From: Polyangiaceae bacterium
Lineage (GTDB): Bacteria; Myxococcota_A; Polyangia; Polyangiales; Polyangiaceae
Assembly: GCA_965222375.1 (NCBI GenBank)
Contig: CBDCTZ010000009.1
Span: forward strand, 288,001 to 352,000
Length of the DNA: 64,000 nt
Direction: 5' to 3'
The translations under genes and the position numbers were made by a program. Of this stretch, positions 10,245-20,188 are shown piece after piece. Below the pieces are notes generated by a model. The model made no database searches, was not told the DNA's origin, and was given only the letters and a program-made list of their open reading frames with translations. Positions within the stretch are counted from its first letter, which is position 1. Every line of letters begins with the position of its first letter.

Positions 10245-12446
10245 GTGACGAATCCCCCCGCAAACGGGGCGCCGGAGCGCCTGGTGCTGTGCCTCCGCAA
10301 GCATGGGCGCGATGGCGCTGACGACGAACTCGTCGACTTGCTTGGTCGCGCGGAGGCCCAGGGCGCTCGCGTCGTGGCTTGGCAGAGCGGCGTGGTGGCT
10401 TTCGACTTCGAGCCCGACGCCATCGAGGACGCCGTGGAACTCGTATTGACTCTTCCACCGCAGTTCTCCGCGGGCGTGGCCCAGGGCGCTCTCGCGGTTC
10501 TGGTCGAGGCAGGCTCCAAGGTCGCGCTGTCATCCGGTGAAGCATTGCGTAAGGCCAACCAGCTGGCGCGAGTGGCGCGTGCGGGCGAAGTGCTGCTCTC
10601 ACCCGCTTTGCCCCAAGCTCAAAGTGGCGAGGTCCTCACTCGAGGTTCCCGCTTGGGCCTTTTGGGTAAAGAGCGCGTTCGAGGGTTGCGCTTGGATCTC
10701 ACGCTACCGCTGAGGCCGGGTACTCAGCAGCGCGCGCCGGCGGCCCTCGCCTGGCTCGAGCGCGAGTTGCCCGAACTGCCAGTGCCCGGGCAGTGCATCG
10801 AGCTGTGTGGACCGCGGGGTGCAGGCGGCACGCGTGCCATCTTCGAACTCACGAAGCGCGCCGGAAAACGCCGCACCATGGAGCTCGTGCCTCGCCTAGG
10901 CGAGCCTTTGGGAGCGCTTCGGGTCGCGTGCGGCGTGCTCTACCAAGATGATCTTTCGCCGGAGCTCTCGGCCTCTCGCGAAAGTCTGTGCGCTGGGGAG
11001 GGGCTGGAGATCGATGTTTGCGCGGAGCTACTCGAAGCGGCGCTTGGCGACGAAGGTGTGGTGTTCGTCGACGATGCGGAGCGAGTCGATGGCGACAGTC
11101 TGGATGCTGTCATGGCGGCGTGCAATCGGGGCAAGCTAGGCGTGCTGCTGCGGCGCACGGCGCCCGGCTCCCGCGCAACCGAGTCGGTGAACCTCGGAGA
11201 TTTAGCAGACGACGCGGCGCAACAGCTGGTGCACGCCTTGGTGCCCGACTTGGCGTCCAAGGATGCGGTTCGCCTAGCTCGCCGGGGCAGCCAGAACGTA
11301 CTGAGCGTTCGTGAGTCGACGTTGGAGGCGGCGGAGAGCGGCCTGCTGGTCGAAAAGGATGGCGCGACGGTGCTCCGAGTCAGTGTCGCGGGTCGAAACC
11401 GGCCCTTCGCGGCGCAGCATTGGATCGAGCGGCGGCTGCGTTGGTTCTCGGAGGCGGACCAGCTCGTGTTGGGGGCACTGGCCGTGTGGGGTGGCGAAGC
11501 CACGATTCGCGACCTGGAGCAGCTGGTCGAGCGTGAAGAGCAAACGCAGGTGAGCGCCGCGGTTGCCGCACTGCGCCTGCGCGGGTGGCTTCGTGCTCAC
11601 ACCGAAATCGTCACCTTCGCTTTTTCATCCGTTCGGGACGTGGCGCTTGCGTCCCTGCCCGAAGCGCGTCGCGCCCGCTTGCACCGGCGCGCCTCCGCAT
11701 GGCTCGCGAAGCAGGACACGCCGCTGTGGTCCGTATCCGCTGGGGTTCATGCCCTGCTCGGTGGGGACGTGGACGGAGCCCTGCCTTTGCTGCGCCGGGG
11801 CGGATCGGCCGCACGCGCCGCGGGGCTGGTGCGCACCGCGGAAGCGTTGGACCGGTTCACCGAAACCGGCGAGCCCGACGTACTGGAATCTCGGGGTCTG
11901 CTCGGCGGCGCCATCGCCGACCGCGCGGGACTCCAGCGCGAGAGCGTGCCCCCGGTTTCCCTGACCCACCCGACCGGCGGCCCTGAGTTCCTCGCCGAGT
12001 CGCCCACGGCGACCCGCTTCGTTCAAGCGCTCCGTGATGGCGACCACACTGCCGCGCTGGAATTGGCGTCGGAGCTTCAGGCTGGTGGCGTGGAGCCCCA
12101 CATCGCGCTTCGGCTCGAGGGGATGGCCTGTTTGGCTCGAGACGACGTGGCCAAGGCGCTCAGCTGCCTGCGCCAGGCGAAGGACCTCGCGGAAGAGCTT
12201 TCCGCAGTCGACCGCAGTCGGGCTTCCTTGGCCCTGGCGGTTGGGCTCGCTCGGGGCGGTCGCTTTCGGGAAGCGCTCCTCGAAGGGCTGAACGGTTTGG
12301 CTCGGGCGCGGGAAGCCGAAGACCGCCAGGGGCAACACGTCACCGCTCGTTTCTTGGCTCAGCTTTCGGAGACTGCCGGCGATGCCGATGCCCAGCGCGG
12401 TTGGCGCGCCTTGGGCGAGAGGATCCCATCCCGGCCGCCACGCTGA
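10245..12446 (+). CDS. Degenerate class III cyclase-like + STAND/AAA-like + TPR-like protein
   Basis: Cyclase-fold remnants (FSAGVAQG, SGEALRKANQLARVARAGEVLLS), Walker A-like GPRGAGGT, Walker B VVFVDDAERVD, RRARLHRRA, helical repeats. Confidence 0.65.
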   Translation: MTNPPANGAPERLVLCLRKHGRDGADDELVDLLGRAEAQGARVVAWQSGVVAFDFEPDAIEDAVELVLTLPPQFSAGVAQGALAVLVEAGSKVALSSGEALRKANQLARVARAGEVLLSPALPQAQSGEVLTRGSRLGLLGKERVRGLRLDLTLPLRPGTQQRAPAALAWLERELPELPVPGQCIELCGPRGAGGTRAIFELTKRAGKRRTMELVPRLGEPLGALRVACGVLYQDDLSPELSASRESLCAGEGLEIDVCAELLEAALGDEGVVFVDDAERVDGDSLDAVMAACNRGKLGVLLRRTAPGSRATESVNLGDLADDAAQQLVHALVPDLASKDAVRLARRGSQNVLSVRESTLEAAESGLLVEKDGATVLRVSVAGRNRPFAAQHWIERRLRWFSEADQLVLGALAVWGGEATIRDLEQLVEREEQTQVSAAVAALRLRGWLRAHTEIVTFAFSSVRDVALASLPEARRARLHRRASAWLAKQDTPLWSVSAGVHALLGGDVDGALPLLRRGGSAARAAGLVRTAEALDRFTETGEPDVLESRGLLGGAIADRAGLQRESVPPVSLTHPTGGPEFLAESPTATRFVQALRDGDHTAALELASELQAGGVEPHIALRLEGMACLARDDVAKALSCLRQAKDLAEELSAVDRSRASLALAVGLARGGRFREALLEGLNGLARAREAEDRQGQHVTARFLAQLSETAGDADAQRGWRALGERIPSRPPR

Positions 12447-12452
12447 AAGACC

Positions 12453-13481
12453 TCACTCGCCGGCTTGTTCGCTTTCTGCCCAAGCCTCGCGCAGGATCTC
12501 CGCAACCGCCTCGTACAGGTCTTCGGGAATTTCCTCGCCGACCTCCAGCTCCGACAGTGCGCGCGCGACGGGTACGTCGCGGATTACTGGAACGGAATAG
12601 GCGCGAGCGGCATCCATCATGCGCCGGGCCAGCTCTCCACGCCCCTGCGCGAGGATCTTCGGCGCGCTCTCGTCCTCCTCCTCCAAGTAGTGGAGCGCCA
12701 CGGCCAAATGCGTGGGGTTGACCACCACAACGGTCGCGTCCTTCACGGCGTGCAGCGCCGCCCCCTCTGCCACTTCTTGGTGAGCCCGCTTGCGCGCCGC
12801 GCGTAGTTCGGGATCTCCTTCGCTCTCTTTGAATTCGCGTTTGACCTCGTCCTTGCTCATCCGGTGTCGTCGCTGCCAAGACCAGTGGACGATGAGCAAA
12901 TCGAAAGCTGCCAACCCCAGCCCGACCAGAGCCGCGATCCAAAGCAAACGCTTGGAGAGCACTCCGGCCACCACCACGGCCGACGCGCCGCTGCCGGTGG
13001 AAAACGATAGATCCGGCGTGTGATCGACCAGCAAGCGAACTGCCAAGTAGGCCACGACCAGCGCAGCCGCGAGGGAACGGGCCACCCCGATCAGCCGCTG
13101 GGAGCTGAAGATGTTCTTCATGCCCGAGACCGGATTGGCCCGGCTGAGATCCGGAGTGATCTTTTTGAACGCAACGACCCCGCCGCTCTGAACCAAGCCG
13201 ACGGCAAGCGCCGCGATGGACGCGGCGCCGATGAGGGGCAAGGTGAGGGTGGTCACATCCCGAGCTATTTCCACTGCCGATACACTCCGCATCGGCGACT
13301 CGATGCCGCGGACGATCAGTGCGCCGGCACGCGTGGCCGTCGCATGAAGCGCCGCTGGCGCGACGGCAACCGCAACCAAGAAGCCAAAGCCCTGGACCAA
13401 GGCCCCAGAAACCGGGCTGTCCCCATCCTCCCGCGCCTTGCGCAGTTTTTTCGGGGTGGGCTGTTCGGATTTCTCGCTCAT
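12453..13481 (-). CDS. Type III secretion export apparatus switch protein, SctU (EscU/YscU/HrcU)/FlhB family
   Basis: MSEKSEQPTPKKLRKAREDG, four TM helices, RMSKDEVKREFKESEGDP, autocleavage NPTH motif, EIPEDLYEAVAEIL. Confidence 0.93.
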   Translation of the reverse strand: MSEKSEQPTPKKLRKAREDGDSPVSGALVQGFGFLVAVAVAPAALHATATRAGALIVRGIESPMRSVSAVEIARDVTTLTLPLIGAASIAALAVGLVQSGGVVAFKKITPDLSRANPVSGMKNIFSSQRLIGVARSLAAALVVAYLAVRLLVDHTPDLSFSTGSGASAVVVAGVLSKRLLWIAALVGLGLAAFDLLIVHWSWQRRHRMSKDEVKREFKESEGDPELRAARKRAHQEVAEGAALHAVKDATVVVVNPTHLAVALHYLEEEDESAPKILAQGRGELARRMMDAARAYSVPVIRDVPVARALSELEVGEEIPEDLYEAVAEILREAWAESEQAGE

Positions 13482-13564
13482 GAATACGTCGCGCTGGCTG
13501 AGCCTGCGCTTTTCGACCCAGTTCGGTCAAGCGCACGCTCAGTTGCGTGACAAAGCCGAGAGGC

Positions 13565-14737
13565 CTACAGCCCGAGGCCGGGGATCGGAAATGGGAAGGG
13601 GCTGGCGTTGCCGCCCGACGACCGATAGTTCGCCGCCGTCTGTTGGATGACCGGCACACGCACGAAGGGCGGCGGGTGCGAGCGCTCAAAGCCGAACACG
13701 ATGTCAATGGGGGAGAAGCGATCAAGCCCGGAGAAGAACTGCATCGTCAGCAGGCCACCCTTTTCCGTCCAGTGGTAGCCAGAGCGCCGCTTGCCTGCGC
13801 CCAGGACGTTGTTCGTGCCGGCGATGTCTGCTGCCAGCTCGTTGGGCTGATTGAAAATCGGAATCACGCCCGAGAGGATGTGGCTGGCCTCAGCAGCGGT
13901 GACCGCGCCGGTCCCGGAAGCCGTGCAGGGCAGGTGGCCCAGGTAGTGGTGGCCGAGTTCGTGCCCCAGGACGAAGGCGATTTGCTCGTCCAGTAGCTCA
14001 TGTTGCCGCTTGACCTTGCGACCATCGGTCTGCTGCGCGGGCGTGATCAAGCCCGCGGGAGGTTTTACGATCGGATGCCCAGGCTTCTGATACTTCGCCA
14101 AGTGCCGGATGTAGGCGTCCGTCTTGTTGGTGCGGAAGACCTCGTCCGTGGCTTTGGTTTGCGCCAGATAGGCTTCGATTTCCAACAGTCCGTCGCTGAT
14201 GGCCATCACGCTCTTGCCGCTTTTGGTGCAAGCAGCGAAAGCGTTGACGCTCCCGACCTTGTTGTCGACGACGAGGGGGATGCCCTTGACCCGAGATTGA
14301 TTCTGCGAGCTCAGCGCGGCGGTGAGTTCTTGAATGATCGTCTGGGCTCGGCCTCGGAGGTAGGCGATGTTGACCAGATTGATCGGATCTGAACCCACCG
14401 GTGGCAGCGCGGCGGGTGGGGGCTGCGCCGGCGGCTGGCCCGTGGGCGCTTGACCGGGTGGCTGTCCCGGTGGCGGAGCTTGTCCGTAACCGGGCGGCGG
14501 GGCCTGTCCATAACCCGGCGGCGGCGCCTGGCCATAGCCGGGCGGTGGAGCCCCGTAGCCCGGCGGCGGTCCGCCTCCTGGGTGCCGCGGTCTGCGGGAG
14601 CTGGAGGATGTCTCACATCCGATGGCTGCGATGGTCGTCAGCGCCAGCGCCAAGCCTGCGTATCTCGTCCACATGCGTGTCGGGAGCATAGCGCGCCCCT
14701 CGCGCTTGGGTCCCCCGGTTTTGGTCTTTTTGTGCAT
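13565..14737 (-). CDS. M48-family zinc metallopeptidase, probable lipoprotein with a Pro/Gly/Tyr-rich linker
   Basis: Lipobox-like IAAIGC, VNAFA, LGHELGHH (HExxH), ELAAD, SHP. The true start may be at a later Met. Confidence 0.82.
   Translation of the reverse strand: MHKKTKTGGPKREGRAMLPTRMWTRYAGLALALTTIAAIGCETSSSSRRPRHPGGGPPPGYGAPPPGYGQAPPPGYGQAPPPGYGQAPPPGQPPGQAPTGQPPAQPPPAALPPVGSDPINLVNIAYLRGRAQTIIQELTAALSSQNQSRVKGIPLVVDNKVGSVNAFAACTKSGKSVMAISDGLLEIEAYLAQTKATDEVFRTNKTDAYIRHLAKYQKPGHPIVKPPAGLITPAQQTDGRKVKRQHELLDEQIAFVLGHELGHHYLGHLPCTASGTGAVTAAEASHILSGVIPIFNQPNELAADIAGTNNVLGAGKRRSGYHWTEKGGLLTMQFFSGLDRFSPIDIVFGFERSHPPPFVRVPVIQQTAANYRSSGGNASPFPFPIPGLGL
14467..14570 (-). repeat. Coding tandem repeat, about four copies of PPPGYG(Q)A (mostly 24-bp units)
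   Basis: Translation PPPGYGA-PPPGYGQA-PPPGYGQA-PPPGYGQA-PPPG; synonymous divergence between DNA units. Confidence 0.85.
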
Positions 14738-14800
14738 CGGCAGTGTGGGGAGATCGTCCCATACGCTGATACGCTTGGCTTTCCGCTCAGCTTCCCGAGC

Positions 14801-15742
14801 TCAATTCACGGCAAGGAATGTCAAGAATCCGCAGTAAGTGGCGGCGAGAATTCCGCCTTCCACGCGCGTGACTCTGCGCTCGCGTCGCATCACGAAGATG
14901 GAAAACGCCGTCAAGCCGAGCATCACCGTCAGGTCGAAAGCCCCCGCGGAAAGCGAGCCAGCAATCGGCGCAATCGAGCTGGTCACGCCAAGGATCAGCA
15001 GCACGTTGAAGATGTTCGAGCCGACGACGTTACCCACCGCAATCTCGGAGTGGCCGCGTAGAGCAGCGACCACGGAAGCTGCCAGCTCCGGCAACGAGGT
15101 TCCAATCGCAACGACCGTGAGTCCCACGGTTTTTTCACTCATTCCGAAGTGGGTTGCCAGCCCCACGGCGCCGCGTACGAACACGTTGCCGCCAACCAGC
15201 AGCACCCCGAGCCCGACGAGGGAAAGTCCAAACAACCCGGCCCGCCGCCCCAGCGAAACCGTTTCGGGCTCTTGCTGCTTGACCGCGCTGGTTCCAACTC
15301 GTGCCCAGCGAAAGGTCATGTAGCTGAAGGCCAATGCGGCCAAAACCAACAAGCCGCCCTCGACTCGGGAGATGGACCCGCCAATCAGGACGGCCGGTAC
15401 TGCGGCGGCGGTGAGCATCAAGACTGGAAGCTCGCGTCGAATCAGCCGCCCTTCGACCCTTGGCGGCGCGATCAGCGCCGTCACGCCCAAGATGAGCGCG
15501 ATGTTGGCAATGTTGGAGCCGATGACATTGCCGAGGGCGATATCCGGATTGCCGCCGCGAGCGGCGACAATGCTGACGGCGAGTTCCGGCGCACTCGTGC
15601 CGTAGCTGACGATGGTGAGGCCTACCACCAGGGGGCTGACGCCGAAGGCGCGGGCCAGCCCCGCCGCGCCACGCACGAGCCATTCGGCGCCAAAATAGAG
15701 CGCGACCACGCCAAGCGCCAGAAAGCCAAAGTCGACAGCCAC
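14801..15742 (-). CDS. Calcium/sodium antiporter (YrbG family)
   Basis: Two alpha-repeats GTSAPEL/GTSLPEL and GNVIGSNIAN/GNVVGSNIFN. Confidence 0.93.
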   Translation of the reverse strand: MAVDFGFLALGVVALYFGAEWLVRGAAGLARAFGVSPLVVGLTIVSYGTSAPELAVSIVAARGGNPDIALGNVIGSNIANIALILGVTALIAPPRVEGRLIRRELPVLMLTAAAVPAVLIGGSISRVEGGLLVLAALAFSYMTFRWARVGTSAVKQQEPETVSLGRRAGLFGLSLVGLGVLLVGGNVFVRGAVGLATHFGMSEKTVGLTVVAIGTSLPELAASVVAALRGHSEIAVGNVVGSNIFNVLLILGVTSSIAPIAGSLSAGAFDLTVMLGLTAFSIFVMRRERRVTRVEGGILAATYCGFLTFLAVN

Positions 15743-15844
15743 AGCCTTTCATATCCTGTATGGCGCGCGGGTGGGGAAGCCAAGTCCAGCGCGGTGTTTT
15801 GCCCCGGTGCTCTCCTCGCGCGGTTTCAGATACGCTCTGCCCCC

Positions 15845-17119
15845 GTGCCGAAGTTGAAGCTCCACTGGCAGATCCTGGTCGCCCTCGTCCTTGCGGTCGT
15901 TTCGGGGCTGCTCCTGCCCGCAGATTTGAGTTTGTTCGGCGCTAGCCTGGTGGCGATCTGTGACTTCTTCGGCACGCTGTTCTTGCGCGCTCTCAAGATG
16001 CTGGTCGTGCCCCTGATCGTGTCGTCGATCATTGCGGCCGTGGCCGGGATGGGCGGCGGCGCGAAGCTGGGGCGCATGGGCCTCAAGACCGTGGGCTACT
16101 ACGCGCTGACTTCGCTACTGGCCATCATTGCTGGGCTGATGCTCGTCGCAGCTATCGAGCCTGGCATCGTCGATGGGCAGCCGGCGAAAGATCGTATTGG
16201 TCTCTCCGCGGACACAGCCGAAGTTTCGAAGAAGGTCGCGGGTCGTTCTCAGAAGGATGTGGTCGGCGTGTTCCTGCGCCTGGTACCTGAGAACGTTTTC
16301 AAGGATGCCGCGGAGGGCCAGATGCTCGGTCTGATCTTCTTCGCGCTCCTATTCGGCTTCATGCTCACCAAGATCCCGGAGCGACATGGCAGCGTGCTGA
16401 TGTCTTTCTGGAACGCGGTCTATGAAGTCATGCTGCTGATGACGGACTGGGTGATGCGATTCGCGCCCGCCGGCGTGTTCTTCTTGGTGGCCAAGGTCGT
16501 GCTCACGACCGGCTTTGGCGCACTGCGCCCGCTGTTGACCTTTGCCCTGGTGGTGCTGGCTGCTCTCGCGGTTCACACATTCATTTCACTGCCGCTGCTG
16601 CTGCGCGTGCTTGGCCGCGTGAACCCCATCGCCCACATGAAGGCCGTCGCTCCCGCCATGCTGATGGCGTTTTCAACGGCGTCGTCGTCGGCGACCCTGC
16701 CTCTGACCTTGGATTGCGTGGAGCGTCGAGCCGGCGTGTCGAAGCGGGTGTCCTCCTTTACGCTGCCTCTGGGAGCGACCGTGAACATGGACGGCACGGC
16801 GCTCTACGAATGCGTCGCCGCGATGTTCATCGCCCAGGCCTACGGCCTGACTCTGAGCTTCGGGCAGATGCTCACCATCGTCGTCGTAGCGCTGCTGACC
16901 TCGATCGGCGTCGCGGGGATCCCGGCGGCGAGCCTGGTTGCCATCACGCTCATCCTCACGACCATCGGTTTGCCTCTCGAGGCCGTGGGCTTGATCTTGG
17001 CAGTGGACCGCATTCTCGACATGTGCCGCACTGCTGTGAACGTACTCGGCGATACCACCGCGGCAGTCGTGATCGGGCGGAGTGAGGGTGAGACAGACAT
17101 CCTCGCGACGAGTGGGTGA
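15845..17119 (+). CDS. Dicarboxylate/amino acid:cation symporter (DAACS, GltP-like)
   Basis: LKMLVVPL, AFSTASSSATLP, LPLGATVNMDGT, DRILDMCRTAVNVLGD. Start taken at GTG 15845. Confidence 0.94.
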   Translation: MPKLKLHWQILVALVLAVVSGLLLPADLSLFGASLVAICDFFGTLFLRALKMLVVPLIVSSIIAAVAGMGGGAKLGRMGLKTVGYYALTSLLAIIAGLMLVAAIEPGIVDGQPAKDRIGLSADTAEVSKKVAGRSQKDVVGVFLRLVPENVFKDAAEGQMLGLIFFALLFGFMLTKIPERHGSVLMSFWNAVYEVMLLMTDWVMRFAPAGVFFLVAKVVLTTGFGALRPLLTFALVVLAALAVHTFISLPLLLRVLGRVNPIAHMKAVAPAMLMAFSTASSSATLPLTLDCVERRAGVSKRVSSFTLPLGATVNMDGTALYECVAAMFIAQAYGLTLSFGQMLTIVVVALLTSIGVAGIPAASLVAITLILTTIGLPLEAVGLILAVDRILDMCRTAVNVLGDTTAAVVIGRSEGETDILATSG

Positions 17120-17123
17120 GCAA

Positions 17124-18284
17124 GTGTCACTGGCGCGCTGGTCCCAGGCTGTATTCCGTCGCAGGCGAGAGCAATTCGTCGCTGGTCATCGGCTCACTCT
17201 GCTGCGCGATGGCAGCGAAACGTTTCCCGCGATGCTCTCTGCCATCGCGAAGGCCAAGCGCCAAGTGCTCTTGGAAATGTACTGGTTCGGATCGGATCGC
17301 ATTGGGCGACGCTTTGCAGCGGCCCTCAGCGGCGCGCGTCGCCGAGGGGTGGAAGTCCTCGTGATCTACGACGCGATTGGCTCGCTGGAGACGGATCGAG
17401 ACCAATTCGAGCGGCTGATGGACGTCGGCGTTCGCGTTCACGAATTCAATCCGGTCATGCCCTGGCGCACGCGGTTTCGCGTAGACGCCCTGTCTCAACG
17501 TGACCATCGCAAGATCCTCGTCGTCGATGCTGAAGTCGGTTTCACCGGCGGTATCAACCTGGCGGACCCCTGGCTCCCGGTCTCCGAAGGAGGTAGCGGG
17601 TTCCGGGACGACATGGTGCGGGTGCAAGGTCCTGCGGTTCGAGGCCTGATAGACTGTTTTCGACGCACGTGGACCGCTGTGAGCGAGCGGCCCTTGGCAG
17701 AAATTGCCCCGCATGCCCCTCAGAAGAGCCTGGGCAACCAACGCGTACGCGTGTTGGGCGAGGCCTACCATCGCAATCGTCGCGAAATCGTGAGGGCGTA
17801 CGTGCGCCACATGCACCGCGCGAAGCGAAGCGTGTGGCTGGCGAATAGCTACTTCGTACCGGATCGGGTTATTCAGCGAGCTCTTATCCGCGCCTCGCGA
17901 AGGGGGGTGGATGTGCGCGTGCTCGTGCCCGGGTTGAGCGACGTGCCAATCGTGCGAATGGCCAGCCGGGCGATGTACCCCAAGCTGATGAGGGCGGGGG
18001 TGCGCATATTCGAGCTTCAACAGAACGTCCTTCACTCCAAGACGGCTGTGGTCGACGGTAGCTGGAGCACGATTGGCACTTTCAACATGGACTACCGTTC
18101 CCTCAAGTCCAACCTGGAAGTCAATCTGGCCGTGGACGACCATCGCTTTGGCGCGATCATGGAGCAGTCGTTTCTCGCGGACCTGGAAGACAGTACCGAA
18201 ATGACCATGGAGGAGTTCGAGCGTCGGTCCTTCTCGGAAAAGGCATTGGAAAACTTCGCCTACCGACTGCGAAAACTATGGTGA
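17124..18284 (+). CDS. clsB: Cardiolipin synthase B-like phospholipase D
   Basis: Two HKD motifs (HRKILVVD, HSKTAVVD), GGIN, YFVP; no N-terminal TM. Start uncertain (17082-17124). Confidence 0.88.
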   Translation: MSLARWSQAVFRRRREQFVAGHRLTLLRDGSETFPAMLSAIAKAKRQVLLEMYWFGSDRIGRRFAAALSGARRRGVEVLVIYDAIGSLETDRDQFERLMDVGVRVHEFNPVMPWRTRFRVDALSQRDHRKILVVDAEVGFTGGINLADPWLPVSEGGSGFRDDMVRVQGPAVRGLIDCFRRTWTAVSERPLAEIAPHAPQKSLGNQRVRVLGEAYHRNRREIVRAYVRHMHRAKRSVWLANSYFVPDRVIQRALIRASRRGVDVRVLVPGLSDVPIVRMASRAMYPKLMRAGVRIFELQQNVLHSKTAVVDGSWSTIGTFNMDYRSLKSNLEVNLAVDDHRFGAIMEQSFLADLEDSTEMTMEEFERRSFSEKALENFAYRLRKLW

Positions 18285-18342
18285 TCGATTCCCTATCCCT
18301 GCCCCTTGCTGATCGGGGCCCAAGACATGGGGCTCTCGTGCC

Positions 18343-19485
18343 ATGATCGAGTTGCGCACCCACACGGCTATCGATGAGATCGGTCTCGAAGTGTGGAATG
18401 GCTTGCTGGGCGCTGATGACGCACCTTTCTTGCGCTACGAGTTCCTCCACGCCCTGGAGGAAACGGGCGCGGTTCGACCGGAACGCGGCTGGGCGCCCAT
18501 GCACTTGGGCTTCTACTCCGAAGATTGCCTGGTAGGCGGCGCCCCGGCCTACGTGAAAGGCAACAGCCAAGGCGAGTTTGTTTTCGATCACGGCATTGCG
18601 GAGTTCTCCGAACACCGCCTTGGCGTTCCCTACTACCCGAAGCTCATTGTTGCCGCGCCATTCACGCCAGCAACGGGGGAGCGGTTGCTGTGCGCCGATG
18701 AGGCGCGGCGGCCCGAGTTGACCCAGGCGCTTGCCGTCGGGGTGGCCAAGCTCGTCGAAAGCTTTGAACTCTCCGGCGCTCACGTTCTGTTCTCGCCTCG
18801 ACAAGAGGCGCAGGCCCTGGCGGAGGCTGGGTTGCAGCAGCGGACGGGCGTGCAGTACCACTGGCAGAATCATGGCTACGCCTGTTTCGACGACTACCTG
18901 GGCCGCTTCACGGCCAAGCGTCGCCATCAACTCAAGCGAGAGCGCCGAGCCCTCGCGGTTCAAGGGACGCTGCTCGAAACGCGAACCGGGCGGGACTTGG
19001 ACGCGCCGCTGATCGATCACGTTTTCGAGTGCTATCGAAGCACCGTCGAACGCTACTATTGGGGGCGCCAATACCTCAGCCGAGACTTCTTTCACGCAGT
19101 CACCGCCGCCATGCCGGACCATGTGCTCGCGGTCATCGCGCGCGACGAGGGCTCCAAGAAACCCGTCGCCGCCGCCTTCAATCTACTCGGCGCCCGGGCG
19201 CTCTTCGGCCGATATTGGGGCGCCTTGGACGAGCGGGACTGCCTTCACTTCAACGTTTGCTACTACCAGGGCATCGAAGAGGCCATTACGCGGGGCCTCG
19301 AGCGCTTCGAGCCTGGGGCCGGAGGCGAACACAAACGAGCGCGCGGCTTCGAGCCCGTGCGCACCTACAGCACGCATCTCTTCTCAGATGGACGCCTCGA
19401 GGCGGTCGCGCTGGACTTCTTCAAGCGCGAGGCGGAGGCCATCGGCGAGAGCTTGGAGGGTCACGCGCCTGTCGTGCGCCGCTAG
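18343..19485 (+). CDS. GNAT/FemAB-like protein (DUF482 family)
   Basis: PFLRYEFLHALE, SQGEFVFD, YYPKL...PFTPATG, GRYWG, LHFNVCYYQGIE, GAGGEHK. Confidence 0.9.
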   Translation: MIELRTHTAIDEIGLEVWNGLLGADDAPFLRYEFLHALEETGAVRPERGWAPMHLGFYSEDCLVGGAPAYVKGNSQGEFVFDHGIAEFSEHRLGVPYYPKLIVAAPFTPATGERLLCADEARRPELTQALAVGVAKLVESFELSGAHVLFSPRQEAQALAEAGLQQRTGVQYHWQNHGYACFDDYLGRFTAKRRHQLKRERRALAVQGTLLETRTGRDLDAPLIDHVFECYRSTVERYYWGRQYLSRDFFHAVTAAMPDHVLAVIARDEGSKKPVAAAFNLLGARALFGRYWGALDERDCLHFNVCYYQGIEEAITRGLERFEPGAGGEHKRARGFEPVRTYSTHLFSDGRLEAVALDFFKREAEAIGESLEGHAPVVRR

Positions 19486-19489
19486 CAGT

Positions 19490-20188
19490 TCAGGGAGTAG
19501 AAAGCGGAGAAGCCCAAATCAAATGCCAGGCGAGTTGAATTGCGATGGTCGTCTCGGAGTCGGCGCCGGGTTCCGAGCCCAGGCGCCGCTCCACGCGCAT
19601 CCGGATCCAGGGACCTGCGGCCGAACGAAACAGCGGAACGCCCAAGCTGCCGGATAGCTCCAGGCCGCGCTTGCTGGCATCGACTTGGCGAGCCTTGGCA
19701 AAGTAGGCCCCGAGTCCGAAGGACAAGGAATCCAGGCTGAGGTCGACCCACGCGGGGCCACGTTGCATGTCGAGGGCGAGGCGCGGCAGAAACAGGGGGC
19801 GCAGATCGACGCCGACGCCGAAGCTGCGATCATGCAGGCGGTCTTCGCCGCCCACTCCCTCCCGTAGACTCACGTACACGCCGGCAGTCCAGAAGTAGTG
19901 CAGGCTGAGATCCGCGGCCGCGTAGCTCACTTGATCAAACAGCGCCACGCCCGCGTGCAGCGCGAACGTCATGTCGCCATCGAACCGTCCATAGACGCCG
20001 TCACTCAGGGGGCCTTCGTCGCGGCGCTCGAGCTGCGCGCCCAGCTTGGATGTCGTGCGAGAACCCGGAGACCAGCCGGGCTCGCCTGACTCGCCTTGCT
20101 GCGTGGCCTCGTCGGATGCCGGCTGAGCGGCTGCCCCCCGTGGCGCGCACAGGATGCTCAAGCCGAGGACCGCCGCGGCGAGTTTCAT
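19490..20188 (-). CDS. Hypothetical secreted protein, possible small outer-membrane beta-barrel
   Basis: Signal peptide MKLAAAVLGLSILCAPRGAAAQ; alternating aromatic beta-strand pattern; ATGA-coupled to the HD gene. Confidence 0.6.
   Translation of the reverse strand: MKLAAAVLGLSILCAPRGAAAQPASDEATQQGESGEPGWSPGSRTTSKLGAQLERRDEGPLSDGVYGRFDGDMTFALHAGVALFDQVSYAAADLSLHYFWTAGVYVSLREGVGGEDRLHDRSFGVGVDLRPLFLPRLALDMQRGPAWVDLSLDSLSFGLGAYFAKARQVDASKRGLELSGSLGVPLFRSAAGPWIRMRVERRLGSEPGADSETTIAIQLAWHLIWASPLSTP

Noticed and set aside
15149..15844. Long N-terminal extension of the DAACS symporter ORF, suggesting a fusion
   Set aside because: It is the antisense read-through of the Ca/Na antiporter gene; symporter-like sequence begins near 15845.
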